Positions 1 to 9,258 of a stretch of 64,000 bases of DNA are shown here, piece after piece. The notes under the pieces were generated by a model that ran no database searches, was not told where the DNA came from, and was given only the letters and a program-made list of their open reading frames with translations. Numbering within the stretch: position 1 is the first letter of the stretch; every line of letters begins with the position of its first letter. The stretch covers positions 128,001 to 192,000 of the forward strand of contig CAVRGP010000013.1 of the NCBI GenBank assembly GCA_963720755.1. Direction: 5' to 3'. This DNA comes from an uncultured Chloroflexia bacterium (GTDB lineage: Bacteria > Chloroflexota > Limnocylindria > Limnocylindrales > CSP1-4). The translations under genes were made by a program, and so were the position numbers.

Positions 1-108
1 GGAGCCACTCGGTAGAGTCCCGTTGACAAGCCCCCTTGCATCATCGAGTCATGGTCTCTTGCCGAATCTCGGAAGGGCCACGGGCTCGCAGGATCCGGAG
101 ACGTTCTC

Positions 109-996
109 TTGACGGTCGATCTCGGCGCATTCTCGAGCGGTCTGCTCACCGGCCTCCGAGAGGGCGTCGAGGCCGCCCTGATCGTGGCCATCATCTGCGC
201 CTACCTCACTCGGACCGGCAAGGGCGCCCAGATCCCGAAGGTCCTCGTGGGAGCCGGGTCGGCCGTCGTCCTGAGTGCCGTCCTCGGGCTCACGATCTAC
301 CTGACCGTCGGAAGCTTCCAGGAGCCCTACGAGCAACTCTTCGAGGCGGCGACGCTGATCCTTGCGGCCGCGGTCGTGACCTGGATGCTGTTCTGGATGC
401 GGCGGCAGGCCGGCAGCGTCAAGGGTGAGCTCCAGGCGGCCGTCGATCGGGCGCTTCGCGACGGGTCGTCCACGGCCCTTGCCTTCCTCGCCTTCGTGGC
501 GGTCATCCGGGAGGGCGTCGAGACGTCGCTCTTCCTCGTCGGGCAGGCCGCCTCTGCATCGGCCACGGGCGGTGCGATGTGGGTCCTGGTCGGCGCGATC
601 GTCGGGCTGCTGGCGGCCGCGATCCTCGGTGTCGGCTTCTACCACGGCTCGCGCCGCCTGAACCTGTCGACCTTCTTCCGCTGGACCGGCGTGGCATTGG
701 TGTTCATCGCGGCCGGCCTGCTCAGCCGGGCGGTCCATGAACTCATCGAGATCGGCGTCATCACGGTCGGGACCCAGACGCTGTTCGACCTGTCCGCCGT
801 CCTGCCGCACGACCAGTCCGGCGACAGTCTCCTGGGTCAATTCCTGGCGGCCCTGTTCGGCTACACGTCGACCCCGGAGGTCACCACCTTCGCGGTCTGG
901 CTGACCTACGTGGTCGTCGTCCTGACGCTCTTCCTGCGGCCGGTCAAGCGGCGGGTCGCCCCGATCCCGGCCACCACGGAGCCGGTCAAGAGCTGA
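109..996 (+). CDS. FTR1/EfeU family high-affinity iron permease
   Basis: Two REGxE motifs (LREGVE, IREGVE), about 7 hydrophobic segments, TTG start with GGAG at 97-100. Confidence 0.9.
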   Translation: MTVDLGAFSSGLLTGLREGVEAALIVAIICAYLTRTGKGAQIPKVLVGAGSAVVLSAVLGLTIYLTVGSFQEPYEQLFEAATLILAAAVVTWMLFWMRRQAGSVKGELQAAVDRALRDGSSTALAFLAFVAVIREGVETSLFLVGQAASASATGGAMWVLVGAIVGLLAAAILGVGFYHGSRRLNLSTFFRWTGVALVFIAAGLLSRAVHELIEIGVITVGTQTLFDLSAVLPHDQSGDSLLGQFLAALFGYTSTPEVTTFAVWLTYVVVVLTLFLRPVKRRVAPIPATTEPVKS

Positions 997-1006
997 CGTC
1001 CGGAGC

Positions 1007-1981
1007 TCAGAACGGGAGGATCTGGCCCAGGTCCGGAAGGACCCCGTCGAGCCCGAACAGGAAGATCGAGCCGACGAACAGGCTGAACAGGCCGGCCACG
1101 GCACCGATCGACACGTAGATCTGCTCCCGGGCCTGGCTCGACACGAATCCGACCGAGCTGAGCAGCACGATCGCGAAGTTCGACAACAGCAGCCCGATGA
1201 CGAACGCGAACAGCATCGGCACGCCGAGGCCGGCGCTCGACGCTCCGCCGACGGCCGCGATGAGCAGGACCTGGGTGCCCGTCTCGGCGCCGATCCCGTG
1301 GATCATCCCGACGCCGAAGGAGGTCCTGGGGCCGTACGAGCTCATCTCGAGGGGCTCGACGTGCTCATGGCCGTGGAGACGCGCCTGGAGCACCCGCCAG
1401 CCGTGGCGCATGCCATCGAAGACGAGCATCCATCGGCTGCGCAGGCGGAATCGCTCGCCGGCCCGGGCGTAGCGATAGACCGAATAGAGCACCCACAGGC
1501 CGAGCGCGACCAGGGTGAACCCGACGATCCGTCCCATGATCGGATCGAGCCAATCGGGCAACAGGGCCCCGAACATGATCGCGGCGAGGCCGAGCGCCAC
1601 GACGACGGCACCGTGCCCGAGGGCGTACAAGGTGCCGAGCCGGATCGCCTCTCCCTGGCCGGACAACAGCCGGGCACGTCCCACGGCCGGCCGAGCGGCC
1701 AGGGCAGGGGACAGGGTGGCCGCGCCCGGCCCGGAATCGTGCGCCCGTGTCTCGAGCACACCGCCGTGGTCGTGATGGTGGCCGGTGATGTCCTCGTGCT
1801 GCCCTTCGTGGGCGGCCTCGGCCATCCCGGCGGCGGCCGTGGTGCTCGTGATGTCCGTGATCGCCGCGATGTGGTCCCAATCGATGCCGTGCCGGATGCC
1901 GAGCAACAACCCGGTCAGCAGGATCCCGAGATCGACCGCGGGCGTCGCGGCGGTCACGGTGGTGGCGATGAGGTCGAACAT
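1007..1981 (-). CDS. NiCoT/HoxN-like nickel/cobalt transporter
   Basis: RHGIDWDHIAAI (HX4DH signature), His-rich loop (GHHHDH), GHG and GMIHGIG motifs; ATG 1981 with AAGGA upstream. Confidence 0.8.
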   Translation of the reverse strand: MFDLIATTVTAATPAVDLGILLTGLLLGIRHGIDWDHIAAITDITSTTAAAGMAEAAHEGQHEDITGHHHDHGGVLETRAHDSGPGAATLSPALAARPAVGRARLLSGQGEAIRLGTLYALGHGAVVVALGLAAIMFGALLPDWLDPIMGRIVGFTLVALGLWVLYSVYRYARAGERFRLRSRWMLVFDGMRHGWRVLQARLHGHEHVEPLEMSSYGPRTSFGVGMIHGIGAETGTQVLLIAAVGGASSAGLGVPMLFAFVIGLLLSNFAIVLLSSVGFVSSQAREQIYVSIGAVAGLFSLFVGSIFLFGLDGVLPDLGQILPF

Positions 1982-2040
1982 CGATCGGTCCTTGTGGATG
2001 GCCCGACGGCGGGGCTCGGGGCAGCGGCCCTGATGATATC

Positions 2041-2052
2041 GCAACACGTTGC
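2041..2052. promoter_or_regulatory. Palindrome GCAAC-AC-GTTGC in the divergent NiCoT/Fur intergenic region, candidate Fur-family operator
   Basis: Perfect 5-2-5 inverted repeat in an AT-richer patch between divergent genes. Confidence 0.5.
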
Positions 2053-2092
2053 ATTTACCACGGGATGCGGCCCGTCACCTATCCTTCGCACG

Positions 2093-2563
2093 ATGCGCCC
2101 TTCTGGATCGCCAATAGCCACCGATGACCCGACGCAGGCGGTCATCCGCGAACGCCTCCGTGCCCGGGGTCTGCGCTGGACCCCGCAACGGCGCACGCTC
2201 CTTGAGGTCCTGGCACAGACGGATGGACACGTGACCGGGGCCGAGCTCGTGGAGCGCTGTCGCGAGTTGGATCCACGGACGATCCCCTCGACCGTCTACC
2301 GGACGCTCGACGTCCTCGAGGACCTCGGCCTGCTCAGCCACAGCCACGGCGCCGATGGACGAGAGGAGTTCCACGTCCGTCCGGTGGCGGCGCACGGTCA
2401 CCTCCACTGCATCGACTGCGGGACGACCTGGGAGATCGCCGCGGATGAGGCCCGGTCCCTGGTTGCCTCGCTCGAACGGCGCCGCGGGTTTGCCGTCGAT
2501 CTCAGTCACCTGTCCATCGCCGGCCGGTGCGTCGCGTGCCAGGACCCATCCGGCACCGCCTGA
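2093..2563 (+). CDS. Fur-family transcriptional regulator (Nur/Zur-like)
   Basis: RWTPQR, TVYRTL, HGHLHCIDCG and GRCVAC motifs; TATCCT -10-like hexamer 7 nt before ATG. Confidence 0.9.
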   Translation: MRPSGSPIATDDPTQAVIRERLRARGLRWTPQRRTLLEVLAQTDGHVTGAELVERCRELDPRTIPSTVYRTLDVLEDLGLLSHSHGADGREEFHVRPVAAHGHLHCIDCGTTWEIAADEARSLVASLERRRGFAVDLSHLSIAGRCVACQDPSGTA

Positions 2564-2575
2564 CAGGCGAACCAC

Positions 2576-3085
2576 GTGTCGATGAAGCTGCCAGATCGCG
2601 TGGTCCCCGGACCCGGCCAGGAATCCGTGTGGGACTACCCGCGGCCGCCTCGGGTCGAAGCCGTTCCCGAACGTCTGCGGGTGGTGGTCGATGGGATCGT
2701 TCTCGCGGAGACCACGCGCGGCCTCCGCGTCGTCGAGACGGCCGGTGCGCCCGTCTACTACTTCCCGCCCGAGGATGTCCGGATGGATCTTCTCCGGCCG
2801 AGTCCGCACGGGTCGTTCTGCGAGTGGAAGGGGTCAGCCGCCTATCACCGCTACGTGGCCGATGACGGGGCCAGGGTCATCGACGATGTCGCCTGGTCGT
2901 ACCCGGATCCGAGCCCCGGCTATGAAGGGCTCCGCGGCCATCTGGCGTTCTACGCCAGCCGCGTCGACGAGGCGTGGGTAGGGGACGAGCTGGCCACGCC
3001 GCAGCCGGGCGGCTTCTATGGCGGCTGGGTCACCTCTCGGATCGTCGGCCCGATCAAGGGCGAGCCCGGCTCGTACGGCTGGTAA
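2576..3085 (+). CDS. DUF427 domain protein
   Basis: ESVWDYPRPP, YYFPPEDV, FCEWKG, AWSYP, FYGGWVT motifs. Confidence 0.85.
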   Translation: MSMKLPDRVVPGPGQESVWDYPRPPRVEAVPERLRVVVDGIVLAETTRGLRVVETAGAPVYYFPPEDVRMDLLRPSPHGSFCEWKGSAAYHRYVADDGARVIDDVAWSYPDPSPGYEGLRGHLAFYASRVDEAWVGDELATPQPGGFYGGWVTSRIVGPIKGEPGSYGW

Positions 3086-3089
3086 GGGC

Positions 3090-3869
3090 TCAGTCGCCGG
3101 TCGGGGTGGCCAGGATGTTGAAGCCGCCGTCCACGTAGTGGATCTCGCCGGTCACCGCACCGGACAGATCGGAGGCGAGGTAGACGGCACTCCGGCCGAC
3201 ATCCTCCGGGGTGATGCTGGCGCGCAGTGGAGCGGCCTCCGCGAACCCGCGATACATCCCCTTGAACCCGGCTATGCCCGCCGCGGCGAGCGTCCGGACG
3301 GGACCCGCCGAGATCGCATTCACCCGGACACCGTCCGGACCGAGATCGGCGGCCAGGTAGCGGACGGACGCCTCCAGGGCCGCCTTGGCGACCCCCATGA
3401 CGTTGTAGTTGGCGACCACCTTCTCGGCCCCGAGATAGGACAGGGTGATGACCGACGAGCCCCGGCCAAGGAGCGGTCGGGCGGCTCGAGTGAGCGCGAC
3501 AAGCGAGTAGGCCGAGACATCGAGGGCCACCGCGAACCCTTCACGCGACGTACTGAGGAAATCGCCCTCGAGGTCCTCGCGCTTCGCGAAGGCGAGGGCA
3601 TGGACCAGGATGTCGAGCGACCCGTGGGTGGCGGCCCACCGCTCGAAGACCCGCTCGATCTCCTCGTCGGACTGGACATCGCACGGTTCGACGAAGCTCG
3701 ACCCGATCGACGCGGCGAGCGGCCGCACTCGCTTCTCCAGCAGGCTCTCGACCGACGAGAAGCCCACCTCCGCGCCGGCCTCATGGAGCGCGCGAGCGAT
3801 GCCCCAGGCGATCGAGTGGTCGTTGGCAACGCCGAAGATGAGAGCCGTCTTCCCGTCGAGCAGTCCCAT
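3090..3869 (-). CDS. fabI: Enoyl-ACP reductase (NADH)
   Basis: GVANDHSIAWG, YNVMGVAKAALE, NAISAGPVRT. Confidence 0.93.
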   Translation of the reverse strand: MGLLDGKTALIFGVANDHSIAWGIARALHEAGAEVGFSSVESLLEKRVRPLAASIGSSFVEPCDVQSDEEIERVFERWAATHGSLDILVHALAFAKREDLEGDFLSTSREGFAVALDVSAYSLVALTRAARPLLGRGSSVITLSYLGAEKVVANYNVMGVAKAALEASVRYLAADLGPDGVRVNAISAGPVRTLAAAGIAGFKGMYRGFAEAAPLRASITPEDVGRSAVYLASDLSGAVTGEIHYVDGGFNILATPTGD

Positions 3870-3914
3870 CGATCCCTCCGCGCGTGCCGTCGCCGGGCAG
3901 CCTACCATCGGGTC

Positions 3915-4772
3915 ATGACCGATGAACGACTCAGGCGGGGATTGGCCGGCGTCCGCGGGCTCATCCTCGATGCGGACGGGGTCCTCGTGCTCAAGGGCGC
4001 GGCGCTCCCGGGCTCGGTGGACGCGGTCCGGAGCCTGGGCGACCGGGGCATCCCGTTCCGCGTGGTGACCAACTTCTCGCAGCTCCATCGTGAAACGCTC
4101 GGCGCCCGGTTCGCCGAGGGTGGCCTGTCGATCGACCCGGCCCGGATCATCACCGCGGCATCGGCGACGGCGGCGTACTGCGCCACGGCCCATGCGGGTC
4201 GATCGCTCCTCGTCCTGTCGGCTCCGGACGCGTTGCGCGAGTTCGACGGCCAGCGCCTGCTCGACCCGGATGACGCCGCGGCCGCGCCGGCCGGCGACGT
4301 GAGTGCGGTCGTCATCGGGGATGGCGGCGACGCGCTTTCGTATCACAACATGAACATCGCCTTCCGCCTCGTCCATGGGGGCGCCGAACTCCTGGCGATG
4401 CACCGCAACCCGTGGTGGCACACGCCGGAGGGGATCACCATCGATGCGGGCGCGTTCGTTGCGGCCCTCGAGTTCGCGACCGGGCAGCAGGCCAGGACGC
4501 TCGGCAAGCCGTCGTCCGACGTATTCCGGCAGGCGGTCGCCGGTCTCCGCCGCGACATCGGCGAACGCCTCCCTCAGAACCGGTTCGCGATGGTCGGCGA
4601 CGACCTCCAGGCCGACATCGCCGCCGCGAAGCGGGTCGGATTGCGCGGGATCCTGGTCTTGTCCGGCAAGACCGGCGCCGCGGAGGCGCAAGCGGCCCTT
4701 GAGGGCCACCGGCGGCGCGGGCCGAACGGGGTGGCCGCGACCCTGGCCGAGGTCGTGGCCGCGCTAGACTGA
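3915..4772 (+). CDS. HAD-IIA family hydrolase
   Basis: DADGVL motif I, VTN, GKP, GDDLQADI. Confidence 0.85.
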   Translation: MTDERLRRGLAGVRGLILDADGVLVLKGAALPGSVDAVRSLGDRGIPFRVVTNFSQLHRETLGARFAEGGLSIDPARIITAASATAAYCATAHAGRSLLVLSAPDALREFDGQRLLDPDDAAAAPAGDVSAVVIGDGGDALSYHNMNIAFRLVHGGAELLAMHRNPWWHTPEGITIDAGAFVAALEFATGQQARTLGKPSSDVFRQAVAGLRRDIGERLPQNRFAMVGDDLQADIAAAKRVGLRGILVLSGKTGAAEAQAALEGHRRRGPNGVAATLAEVVAALD

Positions 4773-4815
4773 CGGCAACGTTCCGAACAATGCCGAACTG
4801 CGCGAGGGCCGACCG

Positions 4816-6396
4816 ATGACAGCTGGATCCAAGCCACGAATCAAGATCACCTACGCGACCCTGAGCGCCGACAACGAAGACCTCCATGAGGGGTTCGAGG
4901 CCGGCCTCGTCGACGTCCGCGCCAGCCTGGGCGGGCACCACCAGAACCTCATCGACGGTGCCTGGCGCGACGGCGACGGGTCGTTCGAGGTCCGGACGCC
5001 GATCGACTCGGACATCGTCCTCGGGACGTTCGCCCGGGCGACGATCGCCGACGTCGATGCGGCCGTCGCCGCCGCCCGGGCCGCCCAGCCCGGCTGGGCC
5101 GCGACCCCGTGGCGCGAGCGGATCGAGATCATCAAGCGCGCCGGTGAACTCATCAGCGAGCGCCTGATGGAGTACGCCCCGATCATGGCCATCGAGGTCG
5201 GCAAGAACCGGATCGAGGCACTGGGCGAGGTCGAGGAATCGGCCGACATGCTCCGCTACTACCCGCGGACGATGGAGGACAACGACGGGTACGACCACCC
5301 GATGGACAACCTGGGTGACGCGACCGTCCACACCAGCTCCATCCTCCGGCCGCACGGTGTGTTCGCCGTGATCAGCCCATTCAACTTCCCGATGGCCCTC
5401 GCCTGCGGGCCCGCAGGCGCCGCCCTGCTCGGTGGCAACACGGTGGTGATCAAGCCGTCGTCCGCTTCGCCGCTATCGGCGGTCAAGCTGGTCCAGGCCT
5501 ACCTGGACGCCGGCGTCCCCAAGGGTGCGATCAACCTGGTCATGGGACCCGGAGAAACGGTCGGCCAGGCGCTCCAGGACCACCCCGGCGTGGACGGCAT
5601 CGTGTTCACCGGCTCGTACGAAGTCGGGATGCGCCTGTTCCATTCGTTCTCCAAGACCTGGCCACGGCCATGCATCGTCGAGATGGGCGGCAAGAACCCG
5701 GCCATCGTGTCGCGCAAGGCGGACCTGGAGGAGGCCGCCGAGGGCATCATGCGCAGCGCCTTCGGCTTCGGCGGGCAGAAGTGCTCGGCCAACTCGCGCG
5801 TCTACGTCGAGCGCCCGGTCCACGATGAGCTCGTCAGGCTGCTCGTGGAAAAGACCGAGAAGATCACGATCGGGGACCCGCTCGTCCGGGCCAACTGGAT
5901 GGGGCCGGTCATCGACCAGCGGGCGGTCGACCGCCACCAGGCGGCGGTCGCCGAGGCCCGTCGCGACGGCACGGTCTTCACCGGCGGTGAACACCTGACC
6001 GATGGCGACCTGGCCCGCGGCTTCTACGTCGAGCCGACCATCGTCGGTGGGCTGCCGACCTCCCACCGGCTGTTCCGCGATGAGCTCTTCGCGCCGTTGA
6101 CCGCCGTCGCCGCCGTGGACTCGATGGACGAGGCGCTGGCCCTGGCCAACGACAACGTCCTGGGGTTGACGGCAGGCGTCTACAGCGAGGACCCAGCCGA
6201 GGTCCAGCAGTTCCTCGACCAGGTCCAGGCCGGTGTCCTGTACGTCAACCGACGGGCTGGCGCCACGACAGGTGCGTGGCCGGGCGTGCAGGCGTTCGGC
6301 GGCTGGAAGGGGAGTGGCTCGACGGGCAAGGCCGGTCTGTCGATGTACTACGTCGCCCAGTTCATGCGCGAGCAGAGCCGCACGATCGTCGACTGA
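4816..6396 (+). CDS. Aldehyde dehydrogenase, P5C dehydrogenase-like
   Basis: SPFNFP, FTGS, EMGGKN, GQKCS, ELFAP, TTGAWPGVQAFGGWKGSG. Confidence 0.88.
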   Translation: MTAGSKPRIKITYATLSADNEDLHEGFEAGLVDVRASLGGHHQNLIDGAWRDGDGSFEVRTPIDSDIVLGTFARATIADVDAAVAAARAAQPGWAATPWRERIEIIKRAGELISERLMEYAPIMAIEVGKNRIEALGEVEESADMLRYYPRTMEDNDGYDHPMDNLGDATVHTSSILRPHGVFAVISPFNFPMALACGPAGAALLGGNTVVIKPSSASPLSAVKLVQAYLDAGVPKGAINLVMGPGETVGQALQDHPGVDGIVFTGSYEVGMRLFHSFSKTWPRPCIVEMGGKNPAIVSRKADLEEAAEGIMRSAFGFGGQKCSANSRVYVERPVHDELVRLLVEKTEKITIGDPLVRANWMGPVIDQRAVDRHQAAVAEARRDGTVFTGGEHLTDGDLARGFYVEPTIVGGLPTSHRLFRDELFAPLTAVAAVDSMDEALALANDNVLGLTAGVYSEDPAEVQQFLDQVQAGVLYVNRRAGATTGAWPGVQAFGGWKGSGSTGKAGLSMYYVAQFMREQSRTIVD

Positions 6397-6416
6397 GCCG
6401 GCCCCGGATCGCAGCC

Positions 6417-6803
6417 ATGGGGGCATCGGCGCCGGAGACGGCTGCCCATCCGATCGCGCAGACGGCGGTGCGGGCGTTCCATACCGCGGTGTTCCTCGGT
6501 GAGCTGTCGTCGATCATCTGGTTGGTCGTGACCGGCGTCACCGGTCGTCGCGACCGATCGGTCGCGGTCGCGGCGGTCGCCGTCGCGGCCGAAGCCTCGG
6601 TCTTCGTCGCCAATGGAGGGGTCTGTCCATTGACCCCCCTGGCGGAGCGGCTCGGTGCTGAGCGTGGCTCGGTCTCGGACATCTTCCTGCCCGACGCGGT
6701 CGCTCGGACGATCCCCATCTGGTCGAGCGCCCTCGTGATCACCGCGTTGGTGTTCCACGGTCGCTCGATCCTCCGATCGCGCCGCCCGCCGAGACGGGGC
6801 TGA
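6417..6803 (+). CDS. Small membrane protein, DUF2784-like
   Basis: Three hydrophobic segments, H...CPLTxLAERL...DIFLP pattern. Confidence 0.6.
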   Translation: MGASAPETAAHPIAQTAVRAFHTAVFLGELSSIIWLVVTGVTGRRDRSVAVAAVAVAAEASVFVANGGVCPLTPLAERLGAERGSVSDIFLPDAVARTIPIWSSALVITALVFHGRSILRSRRPPRRG

Positions 6804-6851
6804 CGGCGGCCGGGGGCTGGCACGCCCACCGTTCGGCACCGGGCGCTCGGC

Positions 6852-6897
6852 TATACTCCGACCACGTTATCCAGCCTGCATACTCGTTATGCATACC
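6852..6897 (+). promoter_or_regulatory. -10 box TATACT followed by operator palindrome TGCATA-N5-TATGCA
   Basis: TATACT at 6852-6857; perfect inverted repeat at 6877-6893 upstream of the aminotransferase. Confidence 0.6.
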
Positions 6898-6911
6898 TGA
6901 AGAGGTGCACC

Positions 6912-8276
6912 TTGTCGTCGGGCACGCCGCGTATCGCCGGGGACCGGCCCGTTCCGCACATCGTCACTGCGCTCCCCGGGCCCAAGGCCCGCGAGCACGT
7001 CGCGTTCGATGAGACCTGGACCTCGCCGAGCCTGCCGCGCGCCTATCCGATCGTCCCGATCCGTGGCGACGGCCTGACCGTCGAGGATATCGACGGCAAT
7101 CTGTTCCTCGACTTCGCTGCCGGGATCGCGGTCACCTCGACCGGGCATTCACACCCGCAGGTGGTCGCCGCGATCAAGGAGCAGGCGGCCGAGCTGATCC
7201 ATTTCTCGGCATCGGACTTCTACCTGCCGATCTACCCGGAAGTCTGCCGAGAGCTGGCGCGCATCGCTCCGATCAGCGGCCCGACTCGGGCATACCTCGG
7301 AAACTCCGGCGCCGAGGTCGTCGAGGCATCGATCAAACTCGCCCGCTACGCGACCCATCGCCCGTACGTGGTCTCGTTCCTCGGCGCGTTCCACGGACGC
7401 ACCTACGGAGCGGTGTCGCTGACGGCGTCCAAGGCGAAGTATCACGCCGGCTTCGGCCCGCTCCTGCCCGGGATCTTCCACGCACCTTACGGCCGGGTCG
7501 AGGATCTGGCCTGGTTCGACGAGGTGCTGTTCGACAAGCTGGCGCCCGCGAGCGAGGTCGCGGCCATCATCGTCGAGCCGATCCAGGGTGAGGGTGGCTA
7601 CATCGTCCCCGAGGACGGCTTCCTGCAGGGCCTTCGTCGGATCTGCGACGAGCACGGCATCCTGCTCATCGCCGACGAGATCCAGTCGGGAGCCGGGCGG
7701 ACCGGCAAGATGTGGGCGATCGAGCACTGGGACGTCGAGCCCGACATCCTGTTGACGGCCAAGGGGATCGCATCCGGGATGCCTCTCGGCGGCTTGGTGG
7801 CTCGTGCAGGGATCCTCGAGGCGTGGACCGCGGGCGCTCACGGTTCGACCTACGGCGGCAATCCCGTCGCCTGCGCCGCAGCTCTCGCGACGATCGAGTT
7901 GCTCGAGGGAGGCATGGTCGAGAACGCCGCGATCCGCGGCGAGCAGGCGCTCGCCGGCCTGCGGCCGCTTCTCGGACGTCCGCACGGGCTTGTCACCGAT
8001 GTCCGCGGCAAGGGGCTGATGCTCGGGATCGAGTTCGACACCGGGGAGCACGCCGAGGAGGTCCAATGGGCCTGCTATGAGCGTGGCCTGCTGGTGCTCG
8101 AGTGCGGCAAGTCGAGCGTCCGGATGTCACCGGCGTTGTCCGTCTCCGAGGATGAGATGGAGACCGCGTTGCGGATCTTCGGCGAGGCGGTCGACGATGT
8201 GGCCAGTCGCGGACCAGCGCTGGCCAGGGAAGCCGCCCTCGCGGGCGCGATGCACGACGGCGAGGTCGGCGGCTGA
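6912..8276 (+). CDS. Class III PLP aminotransferase (4-aminobutyrate/ornithine aminotransferase-like)
   Basis: SGAE, FHGRT, EPIQGEGG, ADEIQSGAGRTG, AKGIASG, HGSTYGGN. Confidence 0.9.
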   Translation: MSSGTPRIAGDRPVPHIVTALPGPKAREHVAFDETWTSPSLPRAYPIVPIRGDGLTVEDIDGNLFLDFAAGIAVTSTGHSHPQVVAAIKEQAAELIHFSASDFYLPIYPEVCRELARIAPISGPTRAYLGNSGAEVVEASIKLARYATHRPYVVSFLGAFHGRTYGAVSLTASKAKYHAGFGPLLPGIFHAPYGRVEDLAWFDEVLFDKLAPASEVAAIIVEPIQGEGGYIVPEDGFLQGLRRICDEHGILLIADEIQSGAGRTGKMWAIEHWDVEPDILLTAKGIASGMPLGGLVARAGILEAWTAGAHGSTYGGNPVACAAALATIELLEGGMVENAAIRGEQALAGLRPLLGRPHGLVTDVRGKGLMLGIEFDTGEHAEEVQWACYERGLLVLECGKSSVRMSPALSVSEDEMETALRIFGEAVDDVASRGPALAREAALAGAMHDGEVGG

Positions 8277-8331
8277 TCCGGATCCGGCCGAGATCGGGCG
8301 CCGGCGCGGGAGCGGACTGGATGATCGGCGA

Positions 8332-9258
8332 ATGAGCGACTCCAAGGTCACCACGATGCGGGATGCCATCGCGGATCTGGTCCGCGACGGCGACTGCGTG
8401 GCGATCGAAGGGTTCACCCACCTGATCTCCTTCGCTGCCGGCCACGAGATCATCCGGCAGCGCAAGCGCGACCTGACCCTGGCCCGACTGACCCCGGACG
8501 TCATCTATGACCAGATGATCGCCGCCGGTGTCGCCCGCAAGCTCGTGTTCTCGTGGCTGGGGAACCCCGGGGTCGGTGGTCTCGGCGCCATCCGGCGGCG
8601 GATCGAAGGTGAGGTCCCGACCGAACCGCTCGAGGTCGAGGAGTACAGCCATTTCGGGATGGTCAGCCGCTATACGGCCGGGGCGATGAACCTCCCGTTC
8701 TTCCCACTCCGGAGTTATTTCGAGACGGACCTGCCGGTCGCGAATCCGCTGATCCGGAAGATCGAGTCGCCGTACGGGGATGGCACGGTCTATGCGGTCC
8801 CGCCGCTTCGTCCGGACGTCACGATCGTCCATGCCCAGCGGGCCACGGCGGGTGGCGACACCCAGGTCTGGGGACTGCTGGGCTGCCAGAAGGAAGCGGC
8901 ATTCGCCGCGGATCGGGTGATCGTCGTCGTCGAGGAGTTGGTCGATGACGCGGTGGTCCGAGCCGACCCGAACCGAACCATCATCCCCGGTCTCATCGTC
9001 GACGCGGTCGTCGTCGAGCCGTGGGGGGCGCATCCCTCCTACGTCCAGGGAGCCTATGACCGCGACAACCGGTTCTATCTCGACTGGGATCCGATCACCC
9101 GGGACGAAACGGCCATCCAGGCGTGGCTGCGGGAGTGGGTCTTCGGGGTCGAGGGTCGCGCCGGCTACATGGATAAGCTCGGGGCGGAACGGCAGGCCGA
9201 CCTCCGGCCGTCTGATGCAGCTCCGTCCGGGTCGGTCGACTACGGCGCCTACCGATGA
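8332..9258 (+). CDS. Family I CoA-transferase subunit A (glutaconate CoA-transferase-like)
   Basis: IEGFTHL, AGHEIIRQ, PDVTIVHAQRA, GAHPSY. Confidence 0.85.
   Translation: MSDSKVTTMRDAIADLVRDGDCVAIEGFTHLISFAAGHEIIRQRKRDLTLARLTPDVIYDQMIAAGVARKLVFSWLGNPGVGGLGAIRRRIEGEVPTEPLEVEEYSHFGMVSRYTAGAMNLPFFPLRSYFETDLPVANPLIRKIESPYGDGTVYAVPPLRPDVTIVHAQRATAGGDTQVWGLLGCQKEAAFAADRVIVVVEELVDDAVVRADPNRTIIPGLIVDAVVVEPWGAHPSYVQGAYDRDNRFYLDWDPITRDETAIQAWLREWVFGVEGRAGYMDKLGAERQADLRPSDAAPSGSVDYGAYR

Noticed and set aside
1-108. Possible 3' half of a cobalamin riboswitch (GCCACT, GGAAGG, GGAGAC) and TTGACA before the FTR1 gene
   Set aside because: Spacing and B12-box match are poor, the 5' part would lie outside the window, and no -10 sits at the right distance from TTGACA; needs an Rfam scan
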